DNA from: Cyanidioschyzon merolae
Taxonomy: Eukaryota
Assembly (NCBI GenBank): GCA_000091205.1
Contig: AP006498.2
Strand: one strand, 5' to 3'
Length of the DNA stretch: 64,000 bases
Shown here piece by piece: positions 34,690-44,795 of the stretch. How positions within the stretch are numbered: position 1 is the stretch's first letter; every line of letters begins with the position of its first letter. A program made the translations under genes and the position numbers. Below the pieces are notes generated by a model that saw only the letters and a program-made list of their open reading frames with translations, was not told where the DNA came from and did not search any database.

Positions 34690-35160
34690 ATGGCCGAATC
34701 TGAGTTCCACATATTTTTGTCTATCGAATGGAACTGCGTGCACTTGCGTCTGTAGCAGACAGAGTATTCACCGAATGGATCATCCAAAAGTGCCCCACGA
34801 CCGTAGAGTACAGCACTGAACACGGGAACAGTGAAGGGCACCCAGCGGAGTCTTCGATACTCGCCAGGGCATGTATCGAACGTTAAAGCAAGCGTTCACG
34901 TGCCACTGGATAGCCCACAGAGGAATACGCATGGAGGACGTATAGGAACACTTGATCATCGTCAAGTGTCACTTTTGCAACGGGCGATCCGAGGCTGTGT
35001 ACAACGAAGATGAAAATGGCACGCAAAGCGCAGATCGCGACTCTTTCCATGTGCGTACCATGCGCAGACAGCAGCCGGAAGCAATGGAATCGGGGCTTGA
35101 ATGCTGCCATCAGCATCCTTCCGCTGCCGCCAATGATGCTTGACGGAAAAGAGAGACTCT
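34690..35160 (+). pseudogene. Degenerate TnpB/Fanzor-like C-terminal fragment (family 2, copy 2)
   Basis: Nucleotide homology to 30540-31040 (about 70-75%). A decayed RuvC-III region reads ...CVPCADSSRKQWNRGLNAAISIL, with multiple frame disruptions. Confidence 0.45.
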
Positions 35161-35879
35161 TGTATTCAAAGCCGGTGTAAATAGAGTGGAAATGCAGTAG
35201 TTCTAAAGAAAACGAAAGTCCGCCAAATCTGGTATTGTTGACTCTAGGAGGAAACAAGAACTTTAGCGTGTACTCCCGAGTGAGATAAGAGGACTCATGT
35301 CACTTTCTCCTGGAATGGATGCATTCTTACGTTGCATATCAGCCGTTATTCGAAACGGTCTTTCTAACCGAGCGCTTGCGGCTTGCGTTTACGCGCCCTG
35401 GTTGGAACGGCCGGACGCAAGCATCATGCCTGAGAGCCAGCTATCGGTGTGCTCACACGGCAAAGAAAGAGCCCTGAAACCCACAGCCTGAACACGAGTA
35501 AGGTGCGACTGCTTGTACAGAAAGCAGCTGCGCCTGGATGGATGCTTCGCCTTGGTGGCACGTCAAATACGGAAGCCGCTTCCCGCGGATTTTCTGGCGG
35601 TTATTATTACAACGCGACCTCATCCCGTGAAGCAGAAACCGCGCCGCGATAAAACGTTGCAACTTGCATCCAGAGCTGAACTTCGCACCCAATGTGCCTC
35701 GGTTCGGCACACCGACACCACACGCTCTTTACTCCAAGACGCTGCACAACAGAGCATCTCAGTTGTCTGGGGTGAAGCACTCTCGTAGCTAAGCAGACTG
35801 CCCTGGGTACGAGAACGCTGCCGGTTCGCGGAGCTTCAGCGGCACCGCAAACGCGGCAAACTTGCAGTAACTATAATCC

Positions 35880-36480
35880 TGTCCTATTTCCGTATAGAAA
35901 GAACCGAGTGAGTCCTATAAGCCTTGCGTTCCAGTGGCAAACCTGCTATCTCCAGTCACGAACGCTCTCTATCGACCAGAGCATGACTCCAACTTGCCTC
36001 GCGCTACAGTTGCAAAACTGCTTTCTCCAATTTTAAACGCTTTCTACACTGAAAGGACCGAGTGAGTCCTATAAGCCTTGCGTTCCAGTGGCAAACCTGC
36101 TATCTCCAGTCACGAACGCTCTCTATCGACCAGAGCATGACTCTAACTTGCCTCGCGTTTCAGTGGCAAACCTGCTATCTCCAGTCACGAACGCTCTCTA
36201 TCGACCAGAGCATGACTCCAACTTGCCTCGCGCTACAGTTGCAAAACTGCTTTCTCCAATTTTAAACGCTTTCTACACTGAAAGGACCGAGTGAGTCCTA
36301 TAAGCCTTGCGTTCCAGTGGCAAACCTGCTATCTCCAGTCACGAACGCTCTCTATCGACCACAGCATGTCTCCAACTTGCCTCGCGTTTCAGTGGCAAAC
36401 CTGCTATCTCCAGTCACGAACGCTCTCTATCGACCAGAGCATGACTCCAACTTGCCTCGCGTTTCAGTTGCAACAAGGCT
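35880..36480. repeat. Satellite array: about 229-bp higher-order unit (two 75-bp subunits plus a 79-bp variant), about 2.5 copies
   Basis: ttccagtggcaaacctgctatctccagtcacgaacgctctctatcgaccagagcatgactccaacttgcctcgcg recurs at about 35929, 36082, 36157, 36312 and 36387. The array sits directly upstream of SUV3. Confidence 0.85.
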
Positions 36481-36633
36481 GGTGGCGCGCTTTCCCCGGT
36501 AGCAACGGTGCATCCCGTTCGATCAAAACAACTGTGCTAGTCGGCGCTTTCGCGCTCGTGCAGTGGGCTCGTCTACGCACTGGACACTTCTCTGGTGCCA
36601 AATTTAGAATGCTCGACTAGTACCGGTCGGCTC

Positions 36634-39165
36634 ATGTCCGTGATCACGAGGCGCCCTTGCTTCATGCCTGCGGCTGCGTTGCGCAGTCAGCAACAGACGT
36701 TCGCGCTCGTCCAGAGTGGCTTCACCTGCCGACTTCAACTCCGGTACAGCTCGCAGGGGGCGTTTTTGCCGAGTGAGCGACCTTGGCGTCGAAGGCAGGT
36801 TCTAGAACTTATTCGTCAAGTGCAGCAGGGCGAGCGCTACCGGGAGCGCCTTCGTCGAGAGTGCCAACTGCCGCTCGGACTCTGGGACCTGGTGGCACAG
36901 CGCATCAGCGGCTGGAAGCTCAAACGCTTGCGTCGTTGGCTTCGTGGCGCCGAAAACCTTCTTTTGACGCACAAGCAGCTGCCTCTAAAGGGACAGGAAA
37001 CTCTCTCCGAAGGTGCCGAGCTCAGCTGTGCTGCCCATGCACCCCAAGAGCTAGTATTTCGTGCAATGCTAGCCTATTGTCGGCAGCGCTATGGTGAAGA
37101 ACTGGGTTCGCTCGCTCGGCTTGCAGTGTGTGCAGACTTAAGCTTGCCAGCGACTTGGTTTCCCCTCGCCCGCGCCCGCAAGAGAAAGGTGATTTATCAT
37201 GCAGGGAAAACCAACAGCGGGAAGACTCATCAGGCATTGCAGCGCTTTCTGAACGCCGAGTCGGGTGTGTACTGCGGACCTCTTCGGCTGCTCGCCTGGG
37301 AAGTCTACGATCGACTGAACAAGCAGGGCATTGCCTGCATCCTGCGAACTGGTCAGGAGTTCGCCATGCCGCCAGGCTCGCCTTCAACAGCAAATGTGAA
37401 AGATGCAGCGATGATGCCTGGGTCAGTGTCGGGCGCCCTGAATCATGCCTTGAGCCCGAAAACCGATGATCACGAAGAGGAAGACGAGGATGAAGACGAA
37501 GAGGAATCGAACGCGTCTGCCGCTTTCGATGATGAGCGCATTCATCTAGGACGCCATGCGCACAGCGGCCTAGCCAGAGGCGTTGCGCTCGATCAGTCAG
37601 TGACTGATCCACTTGACTTTCCAAAACAGGTACGTTTCGTGTCCTGTACTGTAGAGATGGCTGATCTCTATCGTCCCGTGCAAGTCGCCATAGTTGATGA
37701 AGTGCAGATGATTGCTGAGCGGGAGCGTGGTGGTGCATGGACGCGAGCGATCCTCGGTTTGCCGGCGGATGAGCTCCACCTCTGCGGATGTCCCAGTGCA
37801 GTTGACGTCGTACGCGCTATGATCGAGGAAGACTGCCACGAGCAACTAGAGGTGCGCACCTACGAGCGTCTAGGTCCGTTACGTGTCTCAGAGAAGGCAC
37901 TGGGCGAGACCCAGCGCCAGTGGAGCCGTGGCGTGCGTGCCGGGGACTGTTTCGTTACGTTTTCCAGACGCGAACTCTTCCGCATCAAACACCAGTTGGA
38001 ACGAAATGCTATCAAACCTCTACAGTGCGCTGTCATCTACGGCTCACTGCCACCGGAAACACGTCGTGAACAGGCGCAGCTCTTTAATGAGGCGGATACC
38101 CACTCGATTCTGGTGGCGACGGACGCAGTCGGCATGGGCCTGAACCTCAATATTCGGCGCATGATCTTCTCCGCTTTGGACAAGTTCGACGGGACTCAGC
38201 GTCGACCGCTAACGACCGCAGAAATTCTTCAAATTGCGGGCCGAGCCGGCCGCTATGCCGGGCCTGACCGGCGGCCCCAGTGCGGTGAGGTCACCGCGTT
38301 TCGCCAGGACGACCTCAGACGTCTTCGAAGCATTCTGCATGGTGCCGGTATCGATACGCACGGCTGGCCTGCCTCGATTGTACCGGAAAAAGTCACAAAA
38401 GCGGGCCTCAGTCCGACTCGAGAGATGATGGAGGCGTTTGCCGCTCGCTGTACTGCAGAGCTTGCTTCGCGCTCGGCGTCTGGCGATGACCTGATGCGGC
38501 GAGCTGCCACGAAGCGACCGCCACTCAGTGAGCTCTACGAAAAATTTGAAAACCTGGCCCAAGTGGACGCTTCCGGGCGATACTTCGTGTGCGACCTCAC
38601 CGACGTCAAGCGAATCTGCCGTCTCCTGGAGCGTGCCCGGGTTGACGAATGGATGACCTTTGATCTACTGTACAGTGCGTCTATGGCTCCGCTCAAGCTC
38701 GACGATGCTGCGGCCTGCGAGGCCATGGTCCAGTTTATGCGAGCATTCACCACAAGCGGCGTGGTGCGTCTCACTCTCCAGCAGTGCGGCTCCAGGATGG
38801 CGTTGCGTTGGTTGAGTGGGGCGCCCCAGTGGAGCTCCGGGCCTCGCACGGTTTCTGAACTCAGGGAGCTCGAGTCGCTCTACCACGTCCTCGATCTATA
38901 TAATTGGTTTGCGAATCGATACACTGACGCATTCGTGGACCGAGATCGTGCCTCTGAATTGCGCCAGCGATGTGCAGAGGCAGTTGCTCGTGGTCTCGCG
39001 AACCTCTCCCAAAGTGCCATCGAAGACGAGCATGACGACATGCAGGCCGACACCCTCTCACAGAGACGTCCGCGGCGAACTCGCTACCGTCTTCGTCTGG
39101 ATGAAAATGAACGTCTGCAGTATGTATCCTATCTGCGGAAGCACCAACCGCTATATCTGCGATGA
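36634..39165 (+). CDS. SUV3: ATP-dependent RNA helicase SUV3 (mitochondrial degradosome helicase)
   Basis: Walker A: VIYHAGKTNSGKTHQALQRF. GPLRLLAWEVYDRLNKQGIACILRTGQE. The DEVQ box, helicase C-terminal motifs (VATDAVGMGLNLNIRRMIF; QIAGRAGR) and a SUV3 C-terminal domain are present, plus an acidic insertion. The ORF track starts at 36595; the first ATG is at about 36634. Confidence 0.85.
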   Translation: MSVITRRPCFMPAAALRSQQQTFALVQSGFTCRLQLRYSSQGAFLPSERPWRRRQVLELIRQVQQGERYRERLRRECQLPLGLWDLVAQRISGWKLKRLRRWLRGAENLLLTHKQLPLKGQETLSEGAELSCAAHAPQELVFRAMLAYCRQRYGEELGSLARLAVCADLSLPATWFPLARARKRKVIYHAGKTNSGKTHQALQRFLNAESGVYCGPLRLLAWEVYDRLNKQGIACILRTGQEFAMPPGSPSTANVKDAAMMPGSVSGALNHALSPKTDDHEEEDEDEDEEESNASAAFDDERIHLGRHAHSGLARGVALDQSVTDPLDFPKQVRFVSCTVEMADLYRPVQVAIVDEVQMIAERERGGAWTRAILGLPADELHLCGCPSAVDVVRAMIEEDCHEQLEVRTYERLGPLRVSEKALGETQRQWSRGVRAGDCFVTFSRRELFRIKHQLERNAIKPLQCAVIYGSLPPETRREQAQLFNEADTHSILVATDAVGMGLNLNIRRMIFSALDKFDGTQRRPLTTAEILQIAGRAGRYAGPDRRPQCGEVTAFRQDDLRRLRSILHGAGIDTHGWPASIVPEKVTKAGLSPTREMMEAFAARCTAELASRSASGDDLMRRAATKRPPLSELYEKFENLAQVDASGRYFVCDLTDVKRICRLLERARVDEWMTFDLLYSASMAPLKLDDAAACEAMVQFMRAFTTSGVVRLTLQQCGSRMALRWLSGAPQWSSGPRTVSELRELESLYHVLDLYNWFANRYTDAFVDRDRASELRQRCAEAVARGLANLSQSAIEDEHDDMQADTLSQRRPRRTRYRLRLDENERLQYVSYLRKHQPLYLR

Positions 39166-40361
39166 ACGATACGCAGCACGTGCGTTGTAAAGTGGACACG
39201 CCAAGCGCAAACTTATCTTTATAGCCGCTCTCCATGGATCAGAGACAAGAACACCGCCACTTGTGCAGTTATCGCAGTGCATACGACGCTACCGTTCAGT
39301 TTGTTGTACGAGCGCGCTGCGAGGTTGCCAGCGAATGCCGTGAAAGAACTCCTGTCTTCTTTCACTGGCGTCAAGGGTCGAGATCCCCCTGACGCATGAA
39401 CGCGACTCGCTCCGCTTCAGCAGATTTTCGCGTCATCTCTGCGACGAATACGCTGTCGGAGGTATCGGAGACGTCGACAGCATGCCACCCATGGACACCA
39501 CCAGCATCTACGTAAACAAAAGGAGTGCATCTCTGTCATGCAGATGCTCGCCTCGATGCCAGACAAAGTGCACACGCTAGCAGCGCGTACGCAACAATTC
39601 CTCGGGAGAGTCTCTCAGACTCGAACCAAGTTTGACCTGGACGTGTTTACTCGACCCAGTCAAAGCATCTGGAACGACAGAAAGACACAAGATCGACGGG
39701 TTTGTTGCCTCCGATACAACAGCGTCCACTGCTGCATCGTGCGACTCTGCTACCTGCGCTTCTACGAAACGATGTTCATTGAAATTGACGAATAAGCACG
39801 CTTCATGAATCCTAAGCGTAACGTGCATGCTTGCATGTCATGATGACACGATGAAGATCAAGATCATGAGCATCGTGATCCTTGTGATCATCATTGTTAG
39901 CAATTCTTTGGTCGTGTAGGGTGATGCTCTAGCCGCGCTCGGTTCGCTGGCGTGTCTTGACTACACATCCGAGGCACGTCTCAAGAGAATCTTCCTGCAA
40001 GCAGGGCCAGGGAGCCATTGAAAGTAGACAACGACCAGTGTAGAGGCCAACGCAAGCAGAACCTGAAGCACTCGTCTTGCCATGTGCAACGCAAGTGGAT
40101 ACATCACAATCTCCGACTGCATCCAGCCACGCTTTCTAATTTTGGACGCCTTGGTGCGACACGTGTACGCCCCGTTTCGTTACGGTGACCTGGTGTGGCA
40201 GCGAAACTATGCGATCACATCCAAGCAGAAGCAGCAGAAGCAGTAGCAAAAGCGCTGCTGGCGACACCCAAGCTCGTGAAAGCAGTACCACGACAGACGC
40301 TTCGCCTGGTCCATCGATGCGAGTCGCCGTGGTAACGACAGCTACGCTCGCCCGAAGGGTC

Positions 40362-40364
<3 letters not shown>

Positions 40365-40393
<29 letters not shown>

Positions 40394-40395
40394 CG
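40365..40395. repeat. (CA)7(GA)8 compound dinucleotide microsatellite
   Basis: cacacacacacacacagagagagagagaga. Confidence 0.9.
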
Positions 40396-40807
40396 CGTTC
40401 CAGACGTTTCAGACTCCCCTTCCAGATTTGTACCAACTTGAGCTACTGCAGAACGACTGCAGAAGCCTTTTCCATTCGATATGACAGCATCAGTTGCCAA
40501 CCAAAGGCATAGCCTCTGTCAGTGTGTGGATTTCGACTCCCCCCGGACGCGGTAGCGCCACCGATACCGTCGGTATAACCGAACAACAGCAACAACAGCA
40601 CAAGAAGTGCGAGTTGTTATAGAAGCAGCGGTATCGTTTTGGTGCGCATCCCTCGCAGCAGCATTCGCCGCTGGTGATACCTTGCGTTCCGGCGACTCGG
40701 GTCCTCTGTAGACGACGAGAAGGGTCACTCTAGTCAAGTGTGTGTAATTTGCACCATATTGTCGACGACCTTTCGATCTGTCTGGGATATCGAAAGGCAA
40801 CGAGCAA

Positions 40808-42220
40808 TTGAGTCCTTTGTTGCAAGCATCGGCATGTGTTGGCCTGAACAGACAGGAGATCCTGTCGAGTCTCTGCACTATGATTCATGGTAACGAGTCG
40901 CAGCAGCGTCGTTGTGCGAGTCCGCTCTGGAGCTGGATGCGAGGGTCTTTGCGGAGCCATTTGCAAGCCGGTCGCCAGCACCTGTGCTCAGCACCGGGTG
41001 ACGCACAGGCCGCAGGATCTGAGGTCACAAGCGACAACCACGGAGCAGTCCAAACGAGCGCACGAGTACAACGCGGTGCCCGGGATACCCCGAGGAACCT
41101 GTGGAGCGTGCTTCTAGGACGTGATCGAACGCATACAAGCGCGTTGGCAGCTGCAGAGCCACCAGCCGTTATCGCGTTACTGCCTTCTCCTGTTGGGGTT
41201 GTAGCAGTTGCGCCCAAAGAGCCTGAGCTCTTGACCTGGAACCGTGATCGTTTCGACGGCAGCCGTACTGACGCGGAGATTACCGCTGAATCCGCGTCCC
41301 GAGAGCCGCTTGAAAGACAATGTGCGGTAGCGAGCCGCCAGGCAGCCCCAGTGCCGGACAGTTACCAGATGCTGGACGTAGGCTCCGGTCGTTCGTTTCT
41401 CAACGCTCTAACCATTGCGGGCGTTGGTATCCCGAGCAAACTTCTCATGGGCAGTCTCGAGCGCATTCATGCGTATCACCTGGATCGCTTGCACGAAGCG
41501 GTGATGTCGCGCCCGCGAAATACACCGCTTTTGACGGTCAGCAACCACAAGTCTGTCATGGACGATCCGTTCCTGTTGGCGTGGATGCTTCCGACTCGTA
41601 CGCTGCTCCATCCAGAGACTATGCGTTACGGCTTATGCGCTGTAGACATTTGCTTCCGAAGCAAGTGGTTGAATCATTTCTTCACGGCAGGCAAGGTGCT
41701 CCCCATTCGCCGTGGCGGCGGACTCAATCAACCCGAACTCTACCGAGCCGCGGAGAAGCTCGCTGCCGGCGCCTGGCTCCACGTCTATCCCGAGGGTCGC
41801 GTCAGTCAGCGCTGCCTGGGTCTTATTCGACGCGGCGTCGGAAAACTTCTCGCCCTTGCCCACGAAAAGCGCAATGCAAACGACCCCGAAATTCTTATTC
41901 TTCCCATTTACCACGAGGGCATGCAGACGGTCATGCCTCAAGACGAAGAAACAAATGAGTTGGTATCTATGGTACCGAGGATCGGACGCGAAATCTTTGT
42001 ATGGGTCGGGGAGCCCTTCACGGTGTCGGACATACTCCACAAATGGCAAGATTTAGGTACGATATCGCTTGCCGAAGATGGACCTCAGCAACTCTCCATG
42101 TATGAGGAGATTTGTGATCGCATTGCTGGCGTTCTCGTCGAGCTCCGAGCCGAGCTCCGTCGACGTGTACTCGAAGACCACGGTATCGATCTGCGCGAGA
42201 GGCTCCAGAGCTACGACTGA
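40808..42220 (+). CDS. TAZ: Tafazzin-like phospholipid transacylase (HX4D acyltransferase) with long N-terminal extension
   Basis: HX4D motif and flanks: LTVSNHKSVMDDPFLLAWMLP. ...AVDICFRSKWLNHFFTAGKVLPIRRGGGLNQP...GAWLHVYPEGRVSQ matches the tafazzin/LPLAT domain layout. The roughly 230-aa N-terminal extension is low-complexity. Confidence 0.65.
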   Translation: MSPLLQASACVGLNRQEILSSLCTMIHGNESQQRRCASPLWSWMRGSLRSHLQAGRQHLCSAPGDAQAAGSEVTSDNHGAVQTSARVQRGARDTPRNLWSVLLGRDRTHTSALAAAEPPAVIALLPSPVGVVAVAPKEPELLTWNRDRFDGSRTDAEITAESASREPLERQCAVASRQAAPVPDSYQMLDVGSGRSFLNALTIAGVGIPSKLLMGSLERIHAYHLDRLHEAVMSRPRNTPLLTVSNHKSVMDDPFLLAWMLPTRTLLHPETMRYGLCAVDICFRSKWLNHFFTAGKVLPIRRGGGLNQPELYRAAEKLAAGAWLHVYPEGRVSQRCLGLIRRGVGKLLALAHEKRNANDPEILILPIYHEGMQTVMPQDEETNELVSMVPRIGREIFVWVGEPFTVSDILHKWQDLGTISLAEDGPQQLSMYEEICDRIAGVLVELRAELRRRVLEDHGIDLRERLQSYD

Positions 42221-42597
42221 ACCCTCGGATGAAACGAACGCTCTGGCCGGAACGGGGTCCCATAGTTCGCTCTACCAGGAGCGGATGCCCGGGCGATCAG
42301 GCAGGGAGCAGGCACTGCGCTGCTGGTGTTGGACGCGCCTCACACGTACGCTGTGCAGCGAGACACTAGCGTGCTGGACGTCGCTTCCAAGGAGCCTTTG
42401 CGTTCACCAGGTTGGTAACGAAGTTTTCTGGGGTGTTTACGACCAGACTTGGGGCGGACAAGTGCCTGTAGGTGTACGCAAATGTGCGTGTGTTTGTGAT
42501 TATGCTCTCCGCCCGCGAGGCAATGAAGTGATGCTGCTTTCCGACTCTGGAATGCGAATGAGCAGGCGCTACGACCGGTTGGCGTCAAAAGCAGCGT

Positions 42598-44097
42598 TCA
42601 ATCACCATCGAATGTGGTCACATGACTCGCGGTCGGTGCTCGACGCGCTGTACTGGAAAATATGCCACCAAATGTTCTCTTTTCCTGCTTACGATGAACT
42701 TCGATCAGTCGCTGTAATTGCTCGAGCTCTTTCTTTGCGATTGTATGTTTCGGTTCAAGACGCAATACCTGTAGTAGGTCACGTTTGGCGTCCTCGTAAT
42801 TCCCTAGCTCGCGCTGAGCCTGGCCACGTGTAAACAGCGCTTTGCCCACGAGCGAACAGTGCGCGCTCTCGCCGGCTGCAGCTGCCCCTTCAGCTGCTGG
42901 GGCAACTCTGTCTTCTTCTCGTTTGTCGGACTTGCCGTGTTGCGCGGACTCGAGCACCAGGTCTGCTAGGCGTATCGCATCGTGGTACGCGCCCAGCCGA
43001 TAATGCGTCCGAGCCAAGTTACTCAACAGCGTGCGCGTCAGTTGTTCCCGTTGCGTCTGAATGGACAGGTCTCCAGTATCATCAGCCTCATTCGTCTTTG
43101 AGGAACCGCTCTGATTCGATGGCGCTTTCCCCCAGAGCTGCAAAGTCTGAAGCGCTACCTCATACTCTTGTACGGCTGCCTCCAGCTGGCCTCCTTTGAA
43201 ATAGTAGTTCCCGAGCTCCTTTGCCTCCAGGGCGTACGCCAGCCGATCCGCATCCGTCTCAAGGTCTGCAAAAGCACGCGTCTTCCGGAATCGTAACAGT
43301 GGAGGTGCGGTGACGCTCTGTGTGCCTGCTGTGCTGCCTGTCGGAGGGCTTGTCGTGCCGTCTCCGCAGCTTGCACTGCTTCCATTGGCCTCGGTCTCTA
43401 GTGCGCCCGATGACAATGATTGGGGTGCATTGGGGGCATCGCCGCCTTGGCATGCGCCGTCGAGGGCTTTCGCCTCAGGTCGCCAGGGCAAAGACGTAAC
43501 CCCGTTGAGCGCAAGGAGCTGCGGCCGGCCGTCAACGATTCGCACCGTGCCCAAGAAGTGAATCTCTAACTCAATGCTCGCACAGTTCGGTTTCACCACC
43601 CAGCGTCCACCACGGCCTTTGCGACCGCGATCGCCGTAGGCATATTTTGGCGCACGGCAGCATACAAGAGCTTTTTCTCCGACCCGCATCGTAAATAACG
43701 CCAGCTCTACCACCGGGATCACCTGGTGTCGGCCGAGCACGAACGTGAACGGTGCAACTGCGTCAGCTACGTCGCTGTCGCAAACGTCGAAAAGTATACG
43801 ACCCTGCGAGTCGGGCTCTCCTTTCAGGTCGGTATCACTTGCTGCAACATAGGCGCGGTAGTGAATAGCGACACGTTCGCCAATGGCTGGCGGCGGAAGC
43901 AGTGCAACAGGTGCTGCAGGTTCCTCGGGGGCCGCGTCGCAGCCGCTGCCTGTTTGGCTCGGTGCCGTCGTCGCGGGCTCGAGAACAACTTTATAGACTT
44001 GTCCGTATACTGCATGACCAGGAGGCAGCAACTCAACTTTCGTGCCTTTCGAGGCCACGGAACTCATATCGAGCACGCCGTCAAACTGATCGCTCAC
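42598..44097 (-). CDS. FKBP-type peptidyl-prolyl isomerase domain + TPR-repeat protein (FKBP8/FKBP42-like)
   Basis: FKBP-like segment: ILFDVCDSDVADAVAPFTFVLGRHQVIPVVELALFTMRVGEKALVCCRAPKYAYGDRG. C-terminal TPR-like repeats: AYALEAKELGNYYFKGGQLEAAVQEYEVAL, ARTHYRLGAYHDAIRLADLVL, GKALFTRGQAQRELGNYEDAKRDL. The ORF track start is GTG; the first ATG is about 10 codons in. Confidence 0.55.
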   Translation of the reverse strand: MSDQFDGVLDMSSVASKGTKVELLPPGHAVYGQVYKVVLEPATTAPSQTGSGCDAAPEEPAAPVALLPPPAIGERVAIHYRAYVAASDTDLKGEPDSQGRILFDVCDSDVADAVAPFTFVLGRHQVIPVVELALFTMRVGEKALVCCRAPKYAYGDRGRKGRGGRWVVKPNCASIELEIHFLGTVRIVDGRPQLLALNGVTSLPWRPEAKALDGACQGGDAPNAPQSLSSGALETEANGSSASCGDGTTSPPTGSTAGTQSVTAPPLLRFRKTRAFADLETDADRLAYALEAKELGNYYFKGGQLEAAVQEYEVALQTLQLWGKAPSNQSGSSKTNEADDTGDLSIQTQREQLTRTLLSNLARTHYRLGAYHDAIRLADLVLESAQHGKSDKREEDRVAPAAEGAAAAGESAHCSLVGKALFTRGQAQRELGNYEDAKRDLLQVLRLEPKHTIAKKELEQLQRLIEVHRKQEKRTFGGIFSSTARRAPTASHVTTFDGD

Positions 44098-44368
44098 GCA
44101 ACGTCACCTAGAGGCTTGTGGTCGTTACCGAAGTGGCCGTGTGTCCGTCGGAGTCCACTGCGTACAGTCTCGAACGCGCGGAGATCTCTGAACGCACTGG
44201 CCTACTGCACCGAGAGACACGACACCAACACGAACACGAACACCAAAACCAACACCTCCCTCTGGCCGCTTCCACAGTCCTTTGTGCAAGTCCGCAGAAG
44301 CACGCGAACGCGGTCTGCGGGTCTGCCACGCCAAAGAGCGCAGGCGCTGCAATCTGTAGTATTCTGAG

Positions 44369-44795
44369 CCGCCGCGCAGAGGTGCACCTATGCCCTGGCA
44401 AGGCGTGGGAATGTCTGTACTAGCATGTCGCTAAATTTTGTGCCGCGCAGAGGTGCTCCTATGCCCTGGCAAGGCGTGGGAATGTATGTACAAGCATGTC
44501 GCTAAATTTTGTGCCGCGCAGAGGTGCTCCTATGCCCTGGCAAAGCGTGGGAATGTCTGTACAAGCATGTCGCTAAATTTTGTGCCGCGCAGAGGTGCTC
44601 CTATGCCCTGGCAAGGCGTGGGAATGTCTGTACAAGCATGTCGCTAAATTTTGTGCCGCGCAGAGGTGCTCCTATGCCCTGGCAAGGCGTGGGAAGTCTG
44701 TACAAGCATGTCGCTAAATTTTGTGCCGCGCAGAGGTGCTCCTATGCCCTGGCAAGGCGTGGGAATGTCTGTACAAGCATGTCGCTAAATTTTGT
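44369..44795. repeat. 71-bp tandem repeat, about 6 copies
   Basis: The unit gccgcgcagaggtgctcctatgccctggcaaggcgtgggaatgtctgtacaagcatgtcgctaaattttgt recurs with a 71-bp period (starts near 44369, 44440, 44511, 44582, 44653, 44723). It is preceded by an (ACACGA/CCAACA)-like microsatellite at 44220-44260. Confidence 0.9.

Noticed and set aside
36062-36620. Repeated ORFs MSPISLAFQWQTCYLQSRTLSID... and MANLLSPVTNALYRPEHDSNLPR...
   Set aside because: They are generated by the 75/229-bp satellite upstream of SUV3.
44369-44795. Possible CRISPR array, considered for the regular direct repeats here and also at 56380-56990 and 35880-36480.
   Set aside because: The repeats are contiguous with no unique spacers between them. 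The units are 71-229 bp. The context is eukaryotic. No cas genes are present. These are satellite or minisatellite arrays.
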